DNA of 64,000 nt, taken from sequence record MN022785.1. The stretch is one strand, 5' to 3'. The notes below the pieces were generated by a model. It did no database searches. It was not told where the DNA came from and saw only the letters and a program-made list of their open reading frames with translations. The stretch comes from Escherichia phage VEc20. Position 1 is the stretch's first letter, and each line of letters begins with the position of its first letter. Below are positions 18,806-28,392 of this stretch, in pieces. A program made the translations under genes and the position numbers.

Positions 18806-20233
18806 CTAAAATTTTAATTCATTTGCCAAAGCATCTAACTGAGCTCGAGTGGATTCATTTCTTTGATAGCGATTCTGCTCAGCCTGAATCTGTTGTGAAC
18901 CTGCTACTTCGTTCACTTCAGTTGGAGTAGAATCTTGTTCAATTTCTACCCATTTTTGATTTCCTTTTTGAACACCCATCAAAAACTTATTCCATTTGTT
19001 CTTATCACCATATCGTGATTTGATTTGCTTAATGAGTTGTTGTTCAGCAGCTGCTAGCTCCTCGGTTTCAATGACCGCAAGCATAAAATCGGCTGTTGCT
19101 GGAAGACCAGCAGATTCTGCAATATCGCTCATGTTAACATCAGAAGAATCCCAAGCCTGTTTACCAACCTGTGCTGCAGTCCAAAGAACAGTTTCGGTTT
19201 CAACAGCAAGAGCACGCAATTCCTCTGCAATAGCTTTAACAGTTGTGTAACTATTTTCTGAATAAACTCTAATGCGGCAAGATTTACAAATACCTAGATA
19301 GTCGACAATAATGATTGTTGGAACAAAATTCTTCTTGAGCTTCAATTCGTTTAAAAGTGATCGAAATGTATTAGCGTCTGCTCCACCAGTAGGATATTGC
19401 TTAACGATTAAACGACCAAGGGTAGATTTCTCACGCCATTTTTCCATTTTTCCTTTATATTCAGCGTAAGAAATATGCCCATCATCAATGTCATCAAGAG
19501 AAACATCAAGCATGTTAGCGTCAATACGCTTAGCACAGACTTCTTCTGCCATTTCCATGGAAATGTAAAGAACGTTATGACCAAGCTGCAAATAATCTGC
19601 TGCTAATGAACAAAGTCCTAATGATTTACCGACGTTAACGCCAGCCATTAAAACGTTCAGTGTTCCAGTCTCAGCTCCGCCTTTAGTAATTTTGTTTAGA
19701 ATTCTGAGTTTAAATGGAACCTTACGAGCTTTATTCATATAAGATAGCCAACGTGCTTCATAGTCATCCATCCAATCATGGCCAACGTAGCTATCAAATG
19801 AAATTGATAATGCTTGGCGCATGATGTCAGGAATAGCACCTACATCTGGCATTTTCTTATTTCGTTTTTCTGGAGGAAGCTCAGCATTGGTTTGAATTTC
19901 GATTATTTTAGACGTAGCATTAAACATCGCCCTTTGCTGAACATATTTTTCTGTTTCTTTTATTAACCAGCTGTGGTCTTCTGGAGAATCAGCCAGTTTT
20001 GAAATAAGTGTTTTTACACCAGAATATTCTGTTTCAGTAAATGAACTATTTTCTAATGCAACATTTAACGCATTAATAGATGGAACGCTATGATACTCAT
20101 TAACATGAGATTTAATTAATTTGAATGTATTTTTAGCTGGACCACTTTCAAAATATTCTGAATCCATATATGGCCAAACTTTTGAAAAATAAGCTTGATC
20201 AAATATGAGATGAGAAAGAATAATTTCTACCAC
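18806..20233 (-). CDS. 41: replicative DNA helicase gp41 (DnaB-like)
   Basis: 475-aa ORF; Walker A GVNVGKS; size matches T4 gp41. Confidence 0.9.
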   Translation of the reverse strand: MVEIILSHLIFDQAYFSKVWPYMDSEYFESGPAKNTFKLIKSHVNEYHSVPSINALNVALENSSFTETEYSGVKTLISKLADSPEDHSWLIKETEKYVQQRAMFNATSKIIEIQTNAELPPEKRNKKMPDVGAIPDIMRQALSISFDSYVGHDWMDDYEARWLSYMNKARKVPFKLRILNKITKGGAETGTLNVLMAGVNVGKSLGLCSLAADYLQLGHNVLYISMEMAEEVCAKRIDANMLDVSLDDIDDGHISYAEYKGKMEKWREKSTLGRLIVKQYPTGGADANTFRSLLNELKLKKNFVPTIIIVDYLGICKSCRIRVYSENSYTTVKAIAEELRALAVETETVLWTAAQVGKQAWDSSDVNMSDIAESAGLPATADFMLAVIETEELAAAEQQLIKQIKSRYGDKNKWNKFLMGVQKGNQKWVEIEQDSTPTEVNEVAGSQQIQAEQNRYQRNESTRAQLDALANELKF

Positions 20234-20242
20234 ACTTACTCC

Positions 20243-20605
20243 TTAAAAGAATTTAAATTTTTTCTTTGACCTTTTATTAAATGCATCTTGCAGTTGCATT
20301 GTAATACATTTTTCTACATGAGGAGCTAACTCAGCTTTTCTTTCTTGGTCAAGAACAGCAAAGTCCATTACAACCTTTCCATCAACCCAATCCAGTTTAG
20401 TTACATACACTATATGTGTAGAACCATCTTCTAGTTTAATGACAATCTCCTGGATAACATTTTCCATAGCGGATTTAATTATCTTAAGAGATTCATTAAA
20501 AAGACGTTCTTTTCTTTCTTCTTCCCCCTCCGAAGAGGGGGATTCATCGATAATTTCTAGATCTAAATCTAAATCATCTTTATTCATTAAATTCTTCCAT
20601 ATCAC
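20243..20605 (-). CDS. 40: gp40 head-assembly accessory protein (positional)
   Basis: 120-aa acidic ORF between 41 and uvsX. Confidence 0.6.
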   Translation of the reverse strand: MIWKNLMNKDDLDLDLEIIDESPSSEGEEERKERLFNESLKIIKSAMENVIQEIVIKLEDGSTHIVYVTKLDWVDGKVVMDFAVLDQERKAELAPHVEKCITMQLQDAFNKRSKKKFKFF

Positions 20606-21761
20606 TTAACTGTTCTAGGTCAGTTTCTAAATCAGCAGCTGATTTACTTTTACTTTCTGGAGATTTAAATTTTTCAACCTTTGAGTTAATCAATTCATCA
20701 ACTTCAGCTTCAACAATTTCATTACTATCAATAGCACCTAACTGATAAGCACGTTTAATAGCATCTCGGAATGGTTGATGCTTAAATAAAGGACCCCAGA
20801 ATGTAGTGCAGTTGGTATCTTTTGCACGCCAAGATTTTTCTTCGCGAATCATCTCACCGGTTTCTTCATCAAGAAATTCACGGGCATACCAGCCATTTTT
20901 AGGTTTTACTACAAATCCTAATTCTAGAGCCATATCTAACAATCCAGAATAAGGATCGATACCACCGTCAAATTTAACATCAATAAAGAATTTACTTTTT
21001 TCTTTAACGGTACGAGATTTTTCTACATTTAGAACAAATTGATACCCCTGAAGATCAGAACCATCTTTAATCTGACGTTTACCGATAATGAATACAGTAT
21101 CAGCCGAATACATTACGCCTGTACCACCTGTCATCACGGTTTTACTAAACATTTCAATTGTTTCAATTGTATGGTTAACCGCAACACACGGAATATTTTT
21201 AATGCTAAAATAAGGAGTAACGATACGGAATAATGACTTCAGTGATTTAGCACGAGTCATATCTGCCACAGATTTTTCATTCAAGGCATCTTCCGTTTCT
21301 TTCTTAGAAGCCATATTACCAATTGAGTCGATGAATACTATAACCTTTTCACCACGCTCAATAGCTTCAAGCTGATTCACCATATCAATTTTCAGCTGTT
21401 CAACTGATTGAATTGGCGTATGAATTACACGTTCCGGGTCAACTCCCATGGATCGCAAATAAGCTGGAGTAATACCAAATTCGCTATCATAGAATAGACA
21501 AACCGCGTCAGGATATTTGTTCAAATATGCCGCAACCATAGTCAAAGACATATTTGATTTAAAGTGTTTAGAAGGCCCTGCGAAAATAGTTAAACCAGAC
21601 TGCATACCGCCATCAATCGCACCAGAAATAGCAATATTCAGCATTGGAATTTTTGTACGGATTACATCCTTTTCATTAAAGAATTTAGATGTAGTCAGTT
21701 CAGCAGTCATTTTAGAAGTGGAAGCTTTAATCAAACGGGATTTTAAATCTGCAATAGACAT
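20580..21761 (-). CDS. uvsX: UvsX recombinase (RecA-like)
   Basis: 393-aa ORF; Walker A GPSKHFKS; near-identical to remembered T4 UvsX. Confidence 0.95.
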   Translation of the reverse strand: MSIADLKSRLIKASTSKMTAELTTSKFFNEKDVIRTKIPMLNIAISGAIDGGMQSGLTIFAGPSKHFKSNMSLTMVAAYLNKYPDAVCLFYDSEFGITPAYLRSMGVDPERVIHTPIQSVEQLKIDMVNQLEAIERGEKVIVFIDSIGNMASKKETEDALNEKSVADMTRAKSLKSLFRIVTPYFSIKNIPCVAVNHTIETIEMFSKTVMTGGTGVMYSADTVFIIGKRQIKDGSDLQGYQFVLNVEKSRTVKEKSKFFIDVKFDGGIDPYSGLLDMALELGFVVKPKNGWYAREFLDEETGEMIREEKSWRAKDTNCTTFWGPLFKHQPFRDAIKRAYQLGAIDSNEIVEAEVDELINSKVEKFKSPESKSKSAADLETDLEQLSDMEEFNE

Positions 21762-21814
21762 TCATTTTTTCCATAGGCATCATTATATTTTCCTCACTGG
21801 TTAAAGATAGAGTA

Positions 21815-21838
21815 ATTATAACACAATAAATTTAGGCA
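21815..21838 (-). promoter_or_regulatory. MotA-box-like middle promoter upstream of uvsX
   Basis: minus strand TGCCTAA (one mismatch to TGCTTTA), 11 nt, TATAAT. Confidence 0.35.
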
Positions 21839-22681
21839 TTAATCAACTGCTATTGGATGAATAGCATTAAACTTATGAAATGCTTCTGATTTTTCTTTAC
21901 GTGAAACGCACATGCGAAGAACCTTTAATGGCTCGTCTTCTTCACCCAACGATTTTCGTTTTTCAATATTAGAAGTTTTCCAACGAGCTTGCTCTGGAAA
22001 CTCTCTATTGATTTGCTCAAGCGCTCTATTATGTTTAGAATTACTACGAATTGAACTGCACCCGCCAGGAGCTTGTGCTTTTCCAGATACAACCAGATAT
22101 TTGAACAAGGCCAAATGCGGATAACCTTGATTAATTAAATTGAGAAATGCATACATATCTTCGCACAAATCAATTTTTCCATACCCAATTTGTTCTGTCG
22201 TAAGTTTTCCAAGGTCATACCATGTATTCGTGAATCCATATGAGTTTTCACGATAATTGCCCCAAGATGAAGTAATTTTAAAAATTGGTAGACGAGCATG
22301 ACCGTGATAATACCCGCAATCCATGGCATCTTCAACGTATTGAATTAATTCATAGAACTGTTCACGAGTTAATTGATTAATTTTATCTACACGCCGTTTA
22401 TCGTCTCTCTTTCGTATTGAACTCATACGAATAGTAGTATCATCATCAATCATCCAGATTCGTTGACCTGCATACATATCAGTAATTGCTTTACGAGTAC
22501 CGGCAATTCCATTAACATCATCAGGAATAGTTACAATTTTAGCTCTAGACCCATAAGCATCATAATAAGCTTTTTCTTCGTGTTCACGCACTACAATATG
22601 GGGTTCATAATCAGTCGGAAACATATTAAGGGCAGAAACTGCCCCTACACGCTGATAACTTGGAATTACGAATTGAATCAT
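21839..22681 (-). CDS. GT-A-fold glycosyltransferase (DxD motif), possibly a beta-alpha glucosyltransferase acting on HMC DNA
   Basis: 280-aa ORF at the beta-gt position; WMIDDDTTIRM motif; not the 351-aa T4 beta-gt. Confidence 0.6.
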   Translation of the reverse strand: MIQFVIPSYQRVGAVSALNMFPTDYEPHIVVREHEEKAYYDAYGSRAKIVTIPDDVNGIAGTRKAITDMYAGQRIWMIDDDTTIRMSSIRKRDDKRRVDKINQLTREQFYELIQYVEDAMDCGYYHGHARLPIFKITSSWGNYRENSYGFTNTWYDLGKLTTEQIGYGKIDLCEDMYAFLNLINQGYPHLALFKYLVVSGKAQAPGGCSSIRSNSKHNRALEQINREFPEQARWKTSNIEKRKSLGEEDEPLKVLRMCVSRKEKSEAFHKFNAIHPIAVD

Positions 22682-23319
22682 TTAAGTGCCTTACATTTGT
22701 CAAAATGGTATCTTGTCATATTTGGCCCACGTCCTTTTAGTCCGCAATGCGGACATATTTTTTCTATCAAATTATGAGGTTTTCCTTTACGATTTTTAGA
22801 CATCGTTTCTTTAATTATTTTAGCTTTTTCTACGCCAAAAATTTCTTCATAAGTTTTACCAGAATTTTCCTTGGCTCGATTTATAATTCCATATGCCTGC
22901 TCATTTTTACCATACATTGGATTACCTTCGCCTTTCATTCTTTTAGAATGATCAGGACGCTTGATTCCACGAAAGGCATTTCCGCACTTATATCTTTCTT
23001 CTGGAGATAGTTTTTTACCGTACATTCCATTTAATTTGCCTGGAAAACTTCCTCCCCATGCTTCATTCTTTAAATTATATGAATCCGGACAATTAGCAGC
23101 ATCTAAACAAGTTAAAATAATTTCTTCAACCTGTCTAAACATTGGTCCTTCATATAATATTTCTTTATTAAAGGATTTTATTCCATATTTCTTTTTAGCA
23201 TGTTGCCAAACTACACCCGAACCATCATAATTCGGGTTGTGACCATCATGACTTCCTATATACCACTTTTTAGTTTTAGGATGTTTATACTTATAAACAT
23301 GTGGCACATTTACTTCCAT
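22678..23319 (-). CDS. GIY-YIG homing endonuclease (Seg-like) with NUMOD3-type DNA-binding repeats
   Basis: 213-aa ORF; N-terminal VYKYKH...KWYIGSHDG; repeats GKLNGMYGKK and GEGNPMYGKN; overlaps both neighbours. Confidence 0.75.
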   Translation of the reverse strand: MEVNVPHVYKYKHPKTKKWYIGSHDGHNPNYDGSGVVWQHAKKKYGIKSFNKEILYEGPMFRQVEEIILTCLDAANCPDSYNLKNEAWGGSFPGKLNGMYGKKLSPEERYKCGNAFRGIKRPDHSKRMKGEGNPMYGKNEQAYGIINRAKENSGKTYEEIFGVEKAKIIKETMSKNRKGKPHNLIEKICPHCGLKGRGPNMTRYHFDKCKALK

Positions 23320-24050
23320 TTTCCAGTATAATCCTTTTTAGCAATATGAGTCTCACCGGTGTTCCACCAATGGTCAACTAAATAAAACTGATTTTCGTAC
23401 ACATGAAGACTTCCAACGTTCCATATAATAGAACCTGCTTTATATTGCCGCGATGGGTCGCCTGCATTCAAATCAGATACTAATTTATCTAGTACGTATT
23501 TTTGCCAAGCATAATCATTACGATAGCCTGCCCAGCAATCATTGCTTCTCATGCTAACAACCGCATTGACTTTCTTATCACGAATCAGGTACTGTACTGT
23601 ATTAGTACACATGAAATCTGACATACCATCTTTATTGTAGTCAAATTGCATGGATGGACGAGTATAAATCATGATACCACGTCGAGAATCAGGATTTTGA
23701 CCAAGTTCAGCTAAACACATATCATACTGGGCATAGTTATCTTCTGACCAAATAGCCCAACCATAATTCGAGTTAATTTCGCCTTTAGAAGATGCTACCT
23801 GCTGCCAAATCTTTGGTGTTTCACCTGGAATATCTTTAACGAACAAGCTCTTAGATTTATACCATTCAAGTTCACGCTGAATGTATTCATCATTAAGAGC
23901 GCCAAAAATAAACGGTTCATCTGCTATAAATGATGCGCCAATAATTTCAATAGTTTTAACGCCAGTTTTATCAACTACGAAATCTTTTTCTTTTAATGCA
24001 AGCCCCAAATGAAGACGGATTTCTTCAACTGTCATAGAGTCATTAATCAT
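23310..24050 (-). CDS. 42: dCMP hydroxymethylase gp42
   Basis: 246-aa ORF; thymidylate-synthase-like fold; size matches T4 gp42. Confidence 0.9.
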   Translation of the reverse strand: MINDSMTVEEIRLHLGLALKEKDFVVDKTGVKTIEIIGASFIADEPFIFGALNDEYIQRELEWYKSKSLFVKDIPGETPKIWQQVASSKGEINSNYGWAIWSEDNYAQYDMCLAELGQNPDSRRGIMIYTRPSMQFDYNKDGMSDFMCTNTVQYLIRDKKVNAVVSMRSNDCWAGYRNDYAWQKYVLDKLVSDLNAGDPSRQYKAGSIIWNVGSLHVYENQFYLVDHWWNTGETHIAKKDYTGKWK

Positions 24051-24057
24051 TTAAACC

Positions 24058-24207
24058 TCAATTGATGCATTCATATTTAAATTGTAACAGTAATAAACCC
24101 CACCCTATGATAAGAGTTGGAATCATAGCAGGAACTGTTACGCTATAGTATATACTTATTATAACCATCAAGATTAAAAGCAATGCTGCTATAATTTTGC
24201 TTTTCAT
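24058..24207 (-). CDS. small membrane protein (49 aa)
   Basis: hand-translated MKSKIIAALLLILMVIISIYYS...; ATGA overlap with imm stop. Confidence 0.35.
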   Translation of the reverse strand: MKSKIIAALLLILMVIISIYYSVTVPAMIPTLIIGWGLLLLQFKYECIN

Positions 24208-24455
24208 TCCTTCTCTCTGATGATAATTACTTGATTTGGCTGTGCAGACTTTTTAGTTTCACCCGCAATTGACCAAATAAATGTAATAAACCAACCAATA
24301 ATTGACCAGTTAAACAGTAAAGATGTGAAAAAGATTCCTACTGTCGATTTTGACCCACGCATCAAGGCGATAAACCATGGAAGCATGTATATAATAATAG
24401 CCAACACACCTGAAACTAAAACCATAAAAATTGAACCTGCTACTAAAGTTTCCAT
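24204..24455 (-). CDS. imm: Imm, superinfection immunity membrane protein
   Basis: 83-aa ORF with two transmembrane segments; size matches T4 Imm. Confidence 0.85.
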   Translation of the reverse strand: METLVAGSIFMVLVSGVLAIIIYMLPWFIALMRGSKSTVGIFFTSLLFNWSIIGWFITFIWSIAGETKKSAQPNQVIIIREKE

Positions 24456-24462
24456 GTTTTCC

Positions 24463-24855
24463 TCACTTAGTCAAATTTTTTACACATGAATTATAAGAAT
24501 TCACTACATACTCCATAGGAGCATTTTTACCTGTACGCCACTGGTAATTATTAGCCCAATTTGCCCAAAGTTCAGCGCAGTAGTTTTCAATTTTTTCTTC
24601 GCGTGTAATTACATCTGAATTACGATATGCTTGAGCAGATTCATCTGGACGAATAGCTTCGTCAAAATTCGCCTGCATTTGTTCTACTGTTTGCTTTGGA
24701 GCTTCTTTATAACACTTGACATTAGGATTATAAAATTTGCTTGAACAGTTTACAATTTTTCCTGCATCAGACTGATTTACTACCGGTCCTTGAGCTACAC
24801 AACCAGTAAGACCTAATGCAATAACCAAAATAGCGATTTTCATTTCATTCTCCAA
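24463..24855 (-). CDS. putative lipoprotein (imm.1 position)
   Basis: 130-aa ORF; signal peptide with lipobox LTGC. Confidence 0.6.
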   Translation of the reverse strand: MENEMKIAILVIALGLTGCVAQGPVVNQSDAGKIVNCSSKFYNPNVKCYKEAPKQTVEQMQANFDEAIRPDESAQAYRNSDVITREEKIENYCAELWANWANNYQWRTGKNAPMEYVVNSYNSCVKNLTK

Positions 24856-24876
24856 ATCCGTATTAGTTGATAGTTG

Positions 24877-24908
24877 TATAGTACCATGGAAGAACAGTCT
24901 TGTAAACA
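24877..24908 (-). promoter_or_regulatory. T4 early-type promoter (GTTTAC, 18 nt, TGGTACTAT)
   Basis: part of repeated promoter module also seen near 50102 and 52021. Confidence 0.55.
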
Positions 24909-24993
24909 GTTTTGTGAAAAATTTTTTAGGGAATTCTAAGGGTCCAGAATCATCTGTTTTTCATAAGTATAGATTTATATTACTTGTATGAAA

Positions 24994-25013
24994 AAGGGAC
25001 CCGGAGGTCCCTA
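24994..25013 (-). terminator. stem-loop terminator after gene 43 (agggacc-cgga-ggtccct)
   Basis: 7-bp GC stem followed by U-tract on minus strand. Confidence 0.55.
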
Positions 25014-25024
25014 GATTTATTCTA

Positions 25025-27721
25025 TCAGCCAAACAGGAAGTCTAACGAAGCTTTTTCTTCATAGTCCATACCAGCCGATTCACACATACCCGCAAGCGGT
25101 TTAACAAACGATTTTTGGAACAAAGTTGAGTAGTCAATCCAAGATAGTACATCAGAACGAATTTCTTTTGGAAGTTCTGTGCCCGACGGCCAAGCAATGC
25201 ACTTGTCACCAAATGGATTTCCTTCACGCAATGGAAGAACCATTACTTTATTTCCATCCAAAATTGGAGCTACACCCAGACCACTAACAGCTCGACGATA
25301 AGTTAGCACACCGCGAATATGGAACGGGCATTTAAATCCTGGCCAACCTTTATCATCATATTTCGCTATATCGTTCGCAGTTTTTACTTCAGCAATAACT
25401 TTATAGTCGAGTTGACGATATTCTTTCTCGAAGTTCTTGTAATATTCTTGGACAGACTCTTCACCTTCCTGAAGAATACGACGAATACTTTCTTCGAGAG
25501 CTTCTTGCACTGCTTTTGGTGTTGAACTCTGCTGAGTTTCCATACCCATGATTTTTAGATGTGGTTCAGCAAATCGCTTATCTTCCATATCATAAACGTT
25601 CAGAGCATAACGCTTTTTCGCTTTCCAAAATCCGCCAACGCCCTTTGAACCAAGCGGAGGGCAAGAAATAGCTTCACGGTCCATATGCATCAGATGCTCG
25701 CGGTTATTCATATAATCACATAACTCACGATATGCAACATCAATCATAGGTTCCATCTTTTTCTTACCGAACTGATTCATGAATTCAACCAAATCGTTCT
25801 GCTCTTTGAATCGGTCAAGACCTACTTTTTCAATAACTTTATCTACACAAACATATACCGAATCAGTATCACCTGCTGCAATGAAATCTTCGCCATTAGT
25901 TCCGCATACTTTATTCAGATATTCATTAATTTTACGAGCAATCCACTGAATACCGACTTGGCCAAAAATTGTGATAGCAGTAGCATTTCGCAAATCATAG
26001 TAACGGAAATGAATATTACCAAGAGCACCATAAAGACTGTTAATGAGAATTTTACGGTTCAGCTGATTTGTGTTAGCAAGTGTAGCAGCTTTTTCACATT
26101 CCTCAATCAGACTATTGAGAACAGATTCAGTATAATTCGACAGTTCATTTAAGAAATCATCACTGAACTTAACATATCGTTCAACTTCTGGTTTAGTTGA
26201 ACAAGACCCTGCGCCTTTCATAATAATCTTTTTAATAGCTTCGGCATTCATTTCTTCAGCGAACATTTTCTTTTTCCAGTCTTTACGCTGGAAAAATACT
26301 TTAGCGATTTCCTTTGGAATGATACCTTCTTGATGCTTATCATACATCCATCCATTCGGAGAACAAGAATATTCATCACTTGGTTTAGGAGCTGTTCCTG
26401 CGATATATTCATGAATTGGATGAACTTTAAACTGCCCACGAATAGTCTCAGGACTAATGTTAACCTGACGAATAATGCTAGGATACAGAGACGTCAAGTC
26501 AAAACTCATAATATATCGACGAGCAATTGGTTTAGGTTCAAATACAAATGCACCCGGAAAACTCTGTTTAACATGCGAACCTTGTTGAGGAATAACCTTG
26601 TGTTCACCTTTCAATGAGTTAAAAATAATAGCATCCCAAGTTTTAATAGGACTCATTACACCAGAAAAAGGCATTTTAGCATAATAAGACATACTTAAAA
26701 CTAGATCGATAAACCCGCGAATTTTATCAATTGCTTGAACTGATTCTACGTCAATGATGTTATAACTAATATATCGCTGATGATTAGTCTCACGAAGTTT
26801 ATTAATAGGACCATCGTACGGTAATTTACCTTTTTTGGTTTCATGTTGAGCAACTGATTCCAAAGAGAATGACGGCAAATTAGTAAATGCGAATTTCTTA
26901 TACAAATCTAAATAATCAAGAATAGATACGCCATCAATAGAATAAATTTCTTTGCTACCGTACATATTTTGAATTAGTTTAGATTTTACCCGACCGATTG
27001 GAGAGAAACGTTTCATACTGCGTTCACCGAGAACCATTTTAACGCGATTCATGATATACGGAACGTCAAATCCCTCAATATTCCAACCAGTAAAAATAGC
27101 AGGTCGTTTCTGTTCCCAGAGATTAATATATTCCATGAGCATATCACGCTCATTATCAAATGGCATATAAATTACTCGGTCAAGAATTTCTTGAGGAACT
27201 TCATCACCACCTTCACAGTCAAGCTTAGCAGCTAACTTTGCATCCCATTTTGATACTGAACCGTACATTGAATTCAAAAGGTCGAAAACATAAAAACGAT
27301 CGTCAATTGAATCATAATGAGTGATAGCATCAATTTCATATTCAGCTTTCATTGGGTCAGGAAATTTATCACCAGTAACCTCAATGTCACAGTTAGCTAC
27401 ACGAACAAATTTTCGGTCATAAACAATTTCTGAACCATACGTATCACTGATATAAGCGAGTTTAAAATCGTTCATACCAAGAGCTTCGAGACCGATGTCT
27501 TCCATTCGCTTCATCCAATCTCGAGCATCTTTCATTGATTGAAATTTTTGAGGAGCGCAATTTTTACCATAAATGTCTTTGTACTTTGACTCTTCCTTAC
27601 AATGCCTAAACATAGTTGGAAGATATTCTACTTCACGAGTACGTTCCTTTCCGTTTTCATCAATATAACGTTCAACAATGTTATTTCCGACTGTTTCGAT
27701 AGAGATATAAAATTCTTTCAT
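25025..27721 (-). CDS. 43: DNA polymerase gp43 (family B)
   Basis: 898-aa ORF; exonuclease and polymerase motifs (e.g. AAGDTDS); length matches T4 gp43. Confidence 0.95.
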   Translation of the reverse strand: MKEFYISIETVGNNIVERYIDENGKERTREVEYLPTMFRHCKEESKYKDIYGKNCAPQKFQSMKDARDWMKRMEDIGLEALGMNDFKLAYISDTYGSEIVYDRKFVRVANCDIEVTGDKFPDPMKAEYEIDAITHYDSIDDRFYVFDLLNSMYGSVSKWDAKLAAKLDCEGGDEVPQEILDRVIYMPFDNERDMLMEYINLWEQKRPAIFTGWNIEGFDVPYIMNRVKMVLGERSMKRFSPIGRVKSKLIQNMYGSKEIYSIDGVSILDYLDLYKKFAFTNLPSFSLESVAQHETKKGKLPYDGPINKLRETNHQRYISYNIIDVESVQAIDKIRGFIDLVLSMSYYAKMPFSGVMSPIKTWDAIIFNSLKGEHKVIPQQGSHVKQSFPGAFVFEPKPIARRYIMSFDLTSLYPSIIRQVNISPETIRGQFKVHPIHEYIAGTAPKPSDEYSCSPNGWMYDKHQEGIIPKEIAKVFFQRKDWKKKMFAEEMNAEAIKKIIMKGAGSCSTKPEVERYVKFSDDFLNELSNYTESVLNSLIEECEKAATLANTNQLNRKILINSLYGALGNIHFRYYDLRNATAITIFGQVGIQWIARKINEYLNKVCGTNGEDFIAAGDTDSVYVCVDKVIEKVGLDRFKEQNDLVEFMNQFGKKKMEPMIDVAYRELCDYMNNREHLMHMDREAISCPPLGSKGVGGFWKAKKRYALNVYDMEDKRFAEPHLKIMGMETQQSSTPKAVQEALEESIRRILQEGEESVQEYYKNFEKEYRQLDYKVIAEVKTANDIAKYDDKGWPGFKCPFHIRGVLTYRRAVSGLGVAPILDGNKVMVLPLREGNPFGDKCIAWPSGTELPKEIRSDVLSWIDYSTLFQKSFVKPLAGMCESAGMDYEEKASLDFLFG

Positions 27722-27739
27722 AGATATTCCTTAGTTTAT

Positions 27740-27757
27740 AGCCCGAGTTATTAGGCT
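27740..27757 (-). promoter_or_regulatory. putative gp43 translational operator hairpin upstream of SD
   Basis: minus strand AGCC-taataactcg-GGCT about 18 nt upstream of gene 43 ATG, next to AAGGA SD. Confidence 0.35.
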
Positions 27758-27779
27758 CTTGATATATTATACTCCAATT

Positions 27780-27797
27780 AAGGGGCCGAAGCCCCTT
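27780..27797 (-). terminator. GC stem-loop (aggggc-cgaa-gcccct)
   Basis: perfect stem with UUCG-type loop; weak U-tract, may be RNA-stability element. Confidence 0.4.
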
Positions 27798-27799
27798 GC

Positions 27800-28021
27800 T
27801 TAAATTAGTACTATTTGTCGGGTGAAAATTGTCAATCCATCTGCATTAATTGACTTAACGACCGCGGTAAAGTGTTTTTGTTCTGGGTGAACTAATTTTT
27901 GAAATTCTACCTGAAATTTTAGTTGAAGGTTTTCTGGTAAATCGAAAAGTGTTTCTGTTGCAGAAAGATTATATTTTTCTTTAAGAGACGCCATGTATTC
28001 TTGCGGAGTTATAGCAGTCAT
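27800..28021 (-). CDS. hypothetical protein
   Basis: ORF track 27800..28063; start trimmed to ATG 28021 next to regA stop. Confidence 0.45.
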   Translation of the reverse strand: MTAITPQEYMASLKEKYNLSATETLFDLPENLQLKFQVEFQKLVHPEQKHFTAVVKSINADGLTIFTRQIVLI

Positions 28022-28022
28022 A

Positions 28023-28391
28023 TTAATTACCAATCGTATATTTAGGAACGAGTTTCCATTCATGTTTTTGTTTAAAAGAAATAACTCGGAAGTTATTAGT
28101 TAAATCTTTCATAAAAGTTCTTTGACCAGGAACGATTTCAATCAGTCCCCAATCTTCTAATAGCCATGCAATCGAATCACGACGAACTTCATCTTCTTCT
28201 GTCATTTCAACTTGACGACCATCCATACGAAGCATTTCTTTAAAATGAACGATATAGTATAGTCCTTTTTTCTGAAGAATATGACAGGACTGATACAGAA
28301 CTTTATCTTTATTATTAGCAATTCCCATACGAGTCAAAGTTTCTTTTACTTTCAGAAAATCTTCAGGTTTTTTAAGAGTAATTTCAATCAT
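28023..28391 (-). CDS. regA: RegA translational repressor
   Basis: 122-aa ORF; size and position match. Confidence 0.85.
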   Translation of the reverse strand: MIEITLKKPEDFLKVKETLTRMGIANNKDKVLYQSCHILQKKGLYYIVHFKEMLRMDGRQVEMTEEDEVRRDSIAWLLEDWGLIEIVPGQRTFMKDLTNNFRVISFKQKHEWKLVPKYTIGN

Positions 28392-28392
28392 T

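Noticed and set aside
25042-25227. 61-aa minus-strand ORF nested in gene 43
   Set aside because: Fully inside the DNA polymerase gene in another frame; no RBS.
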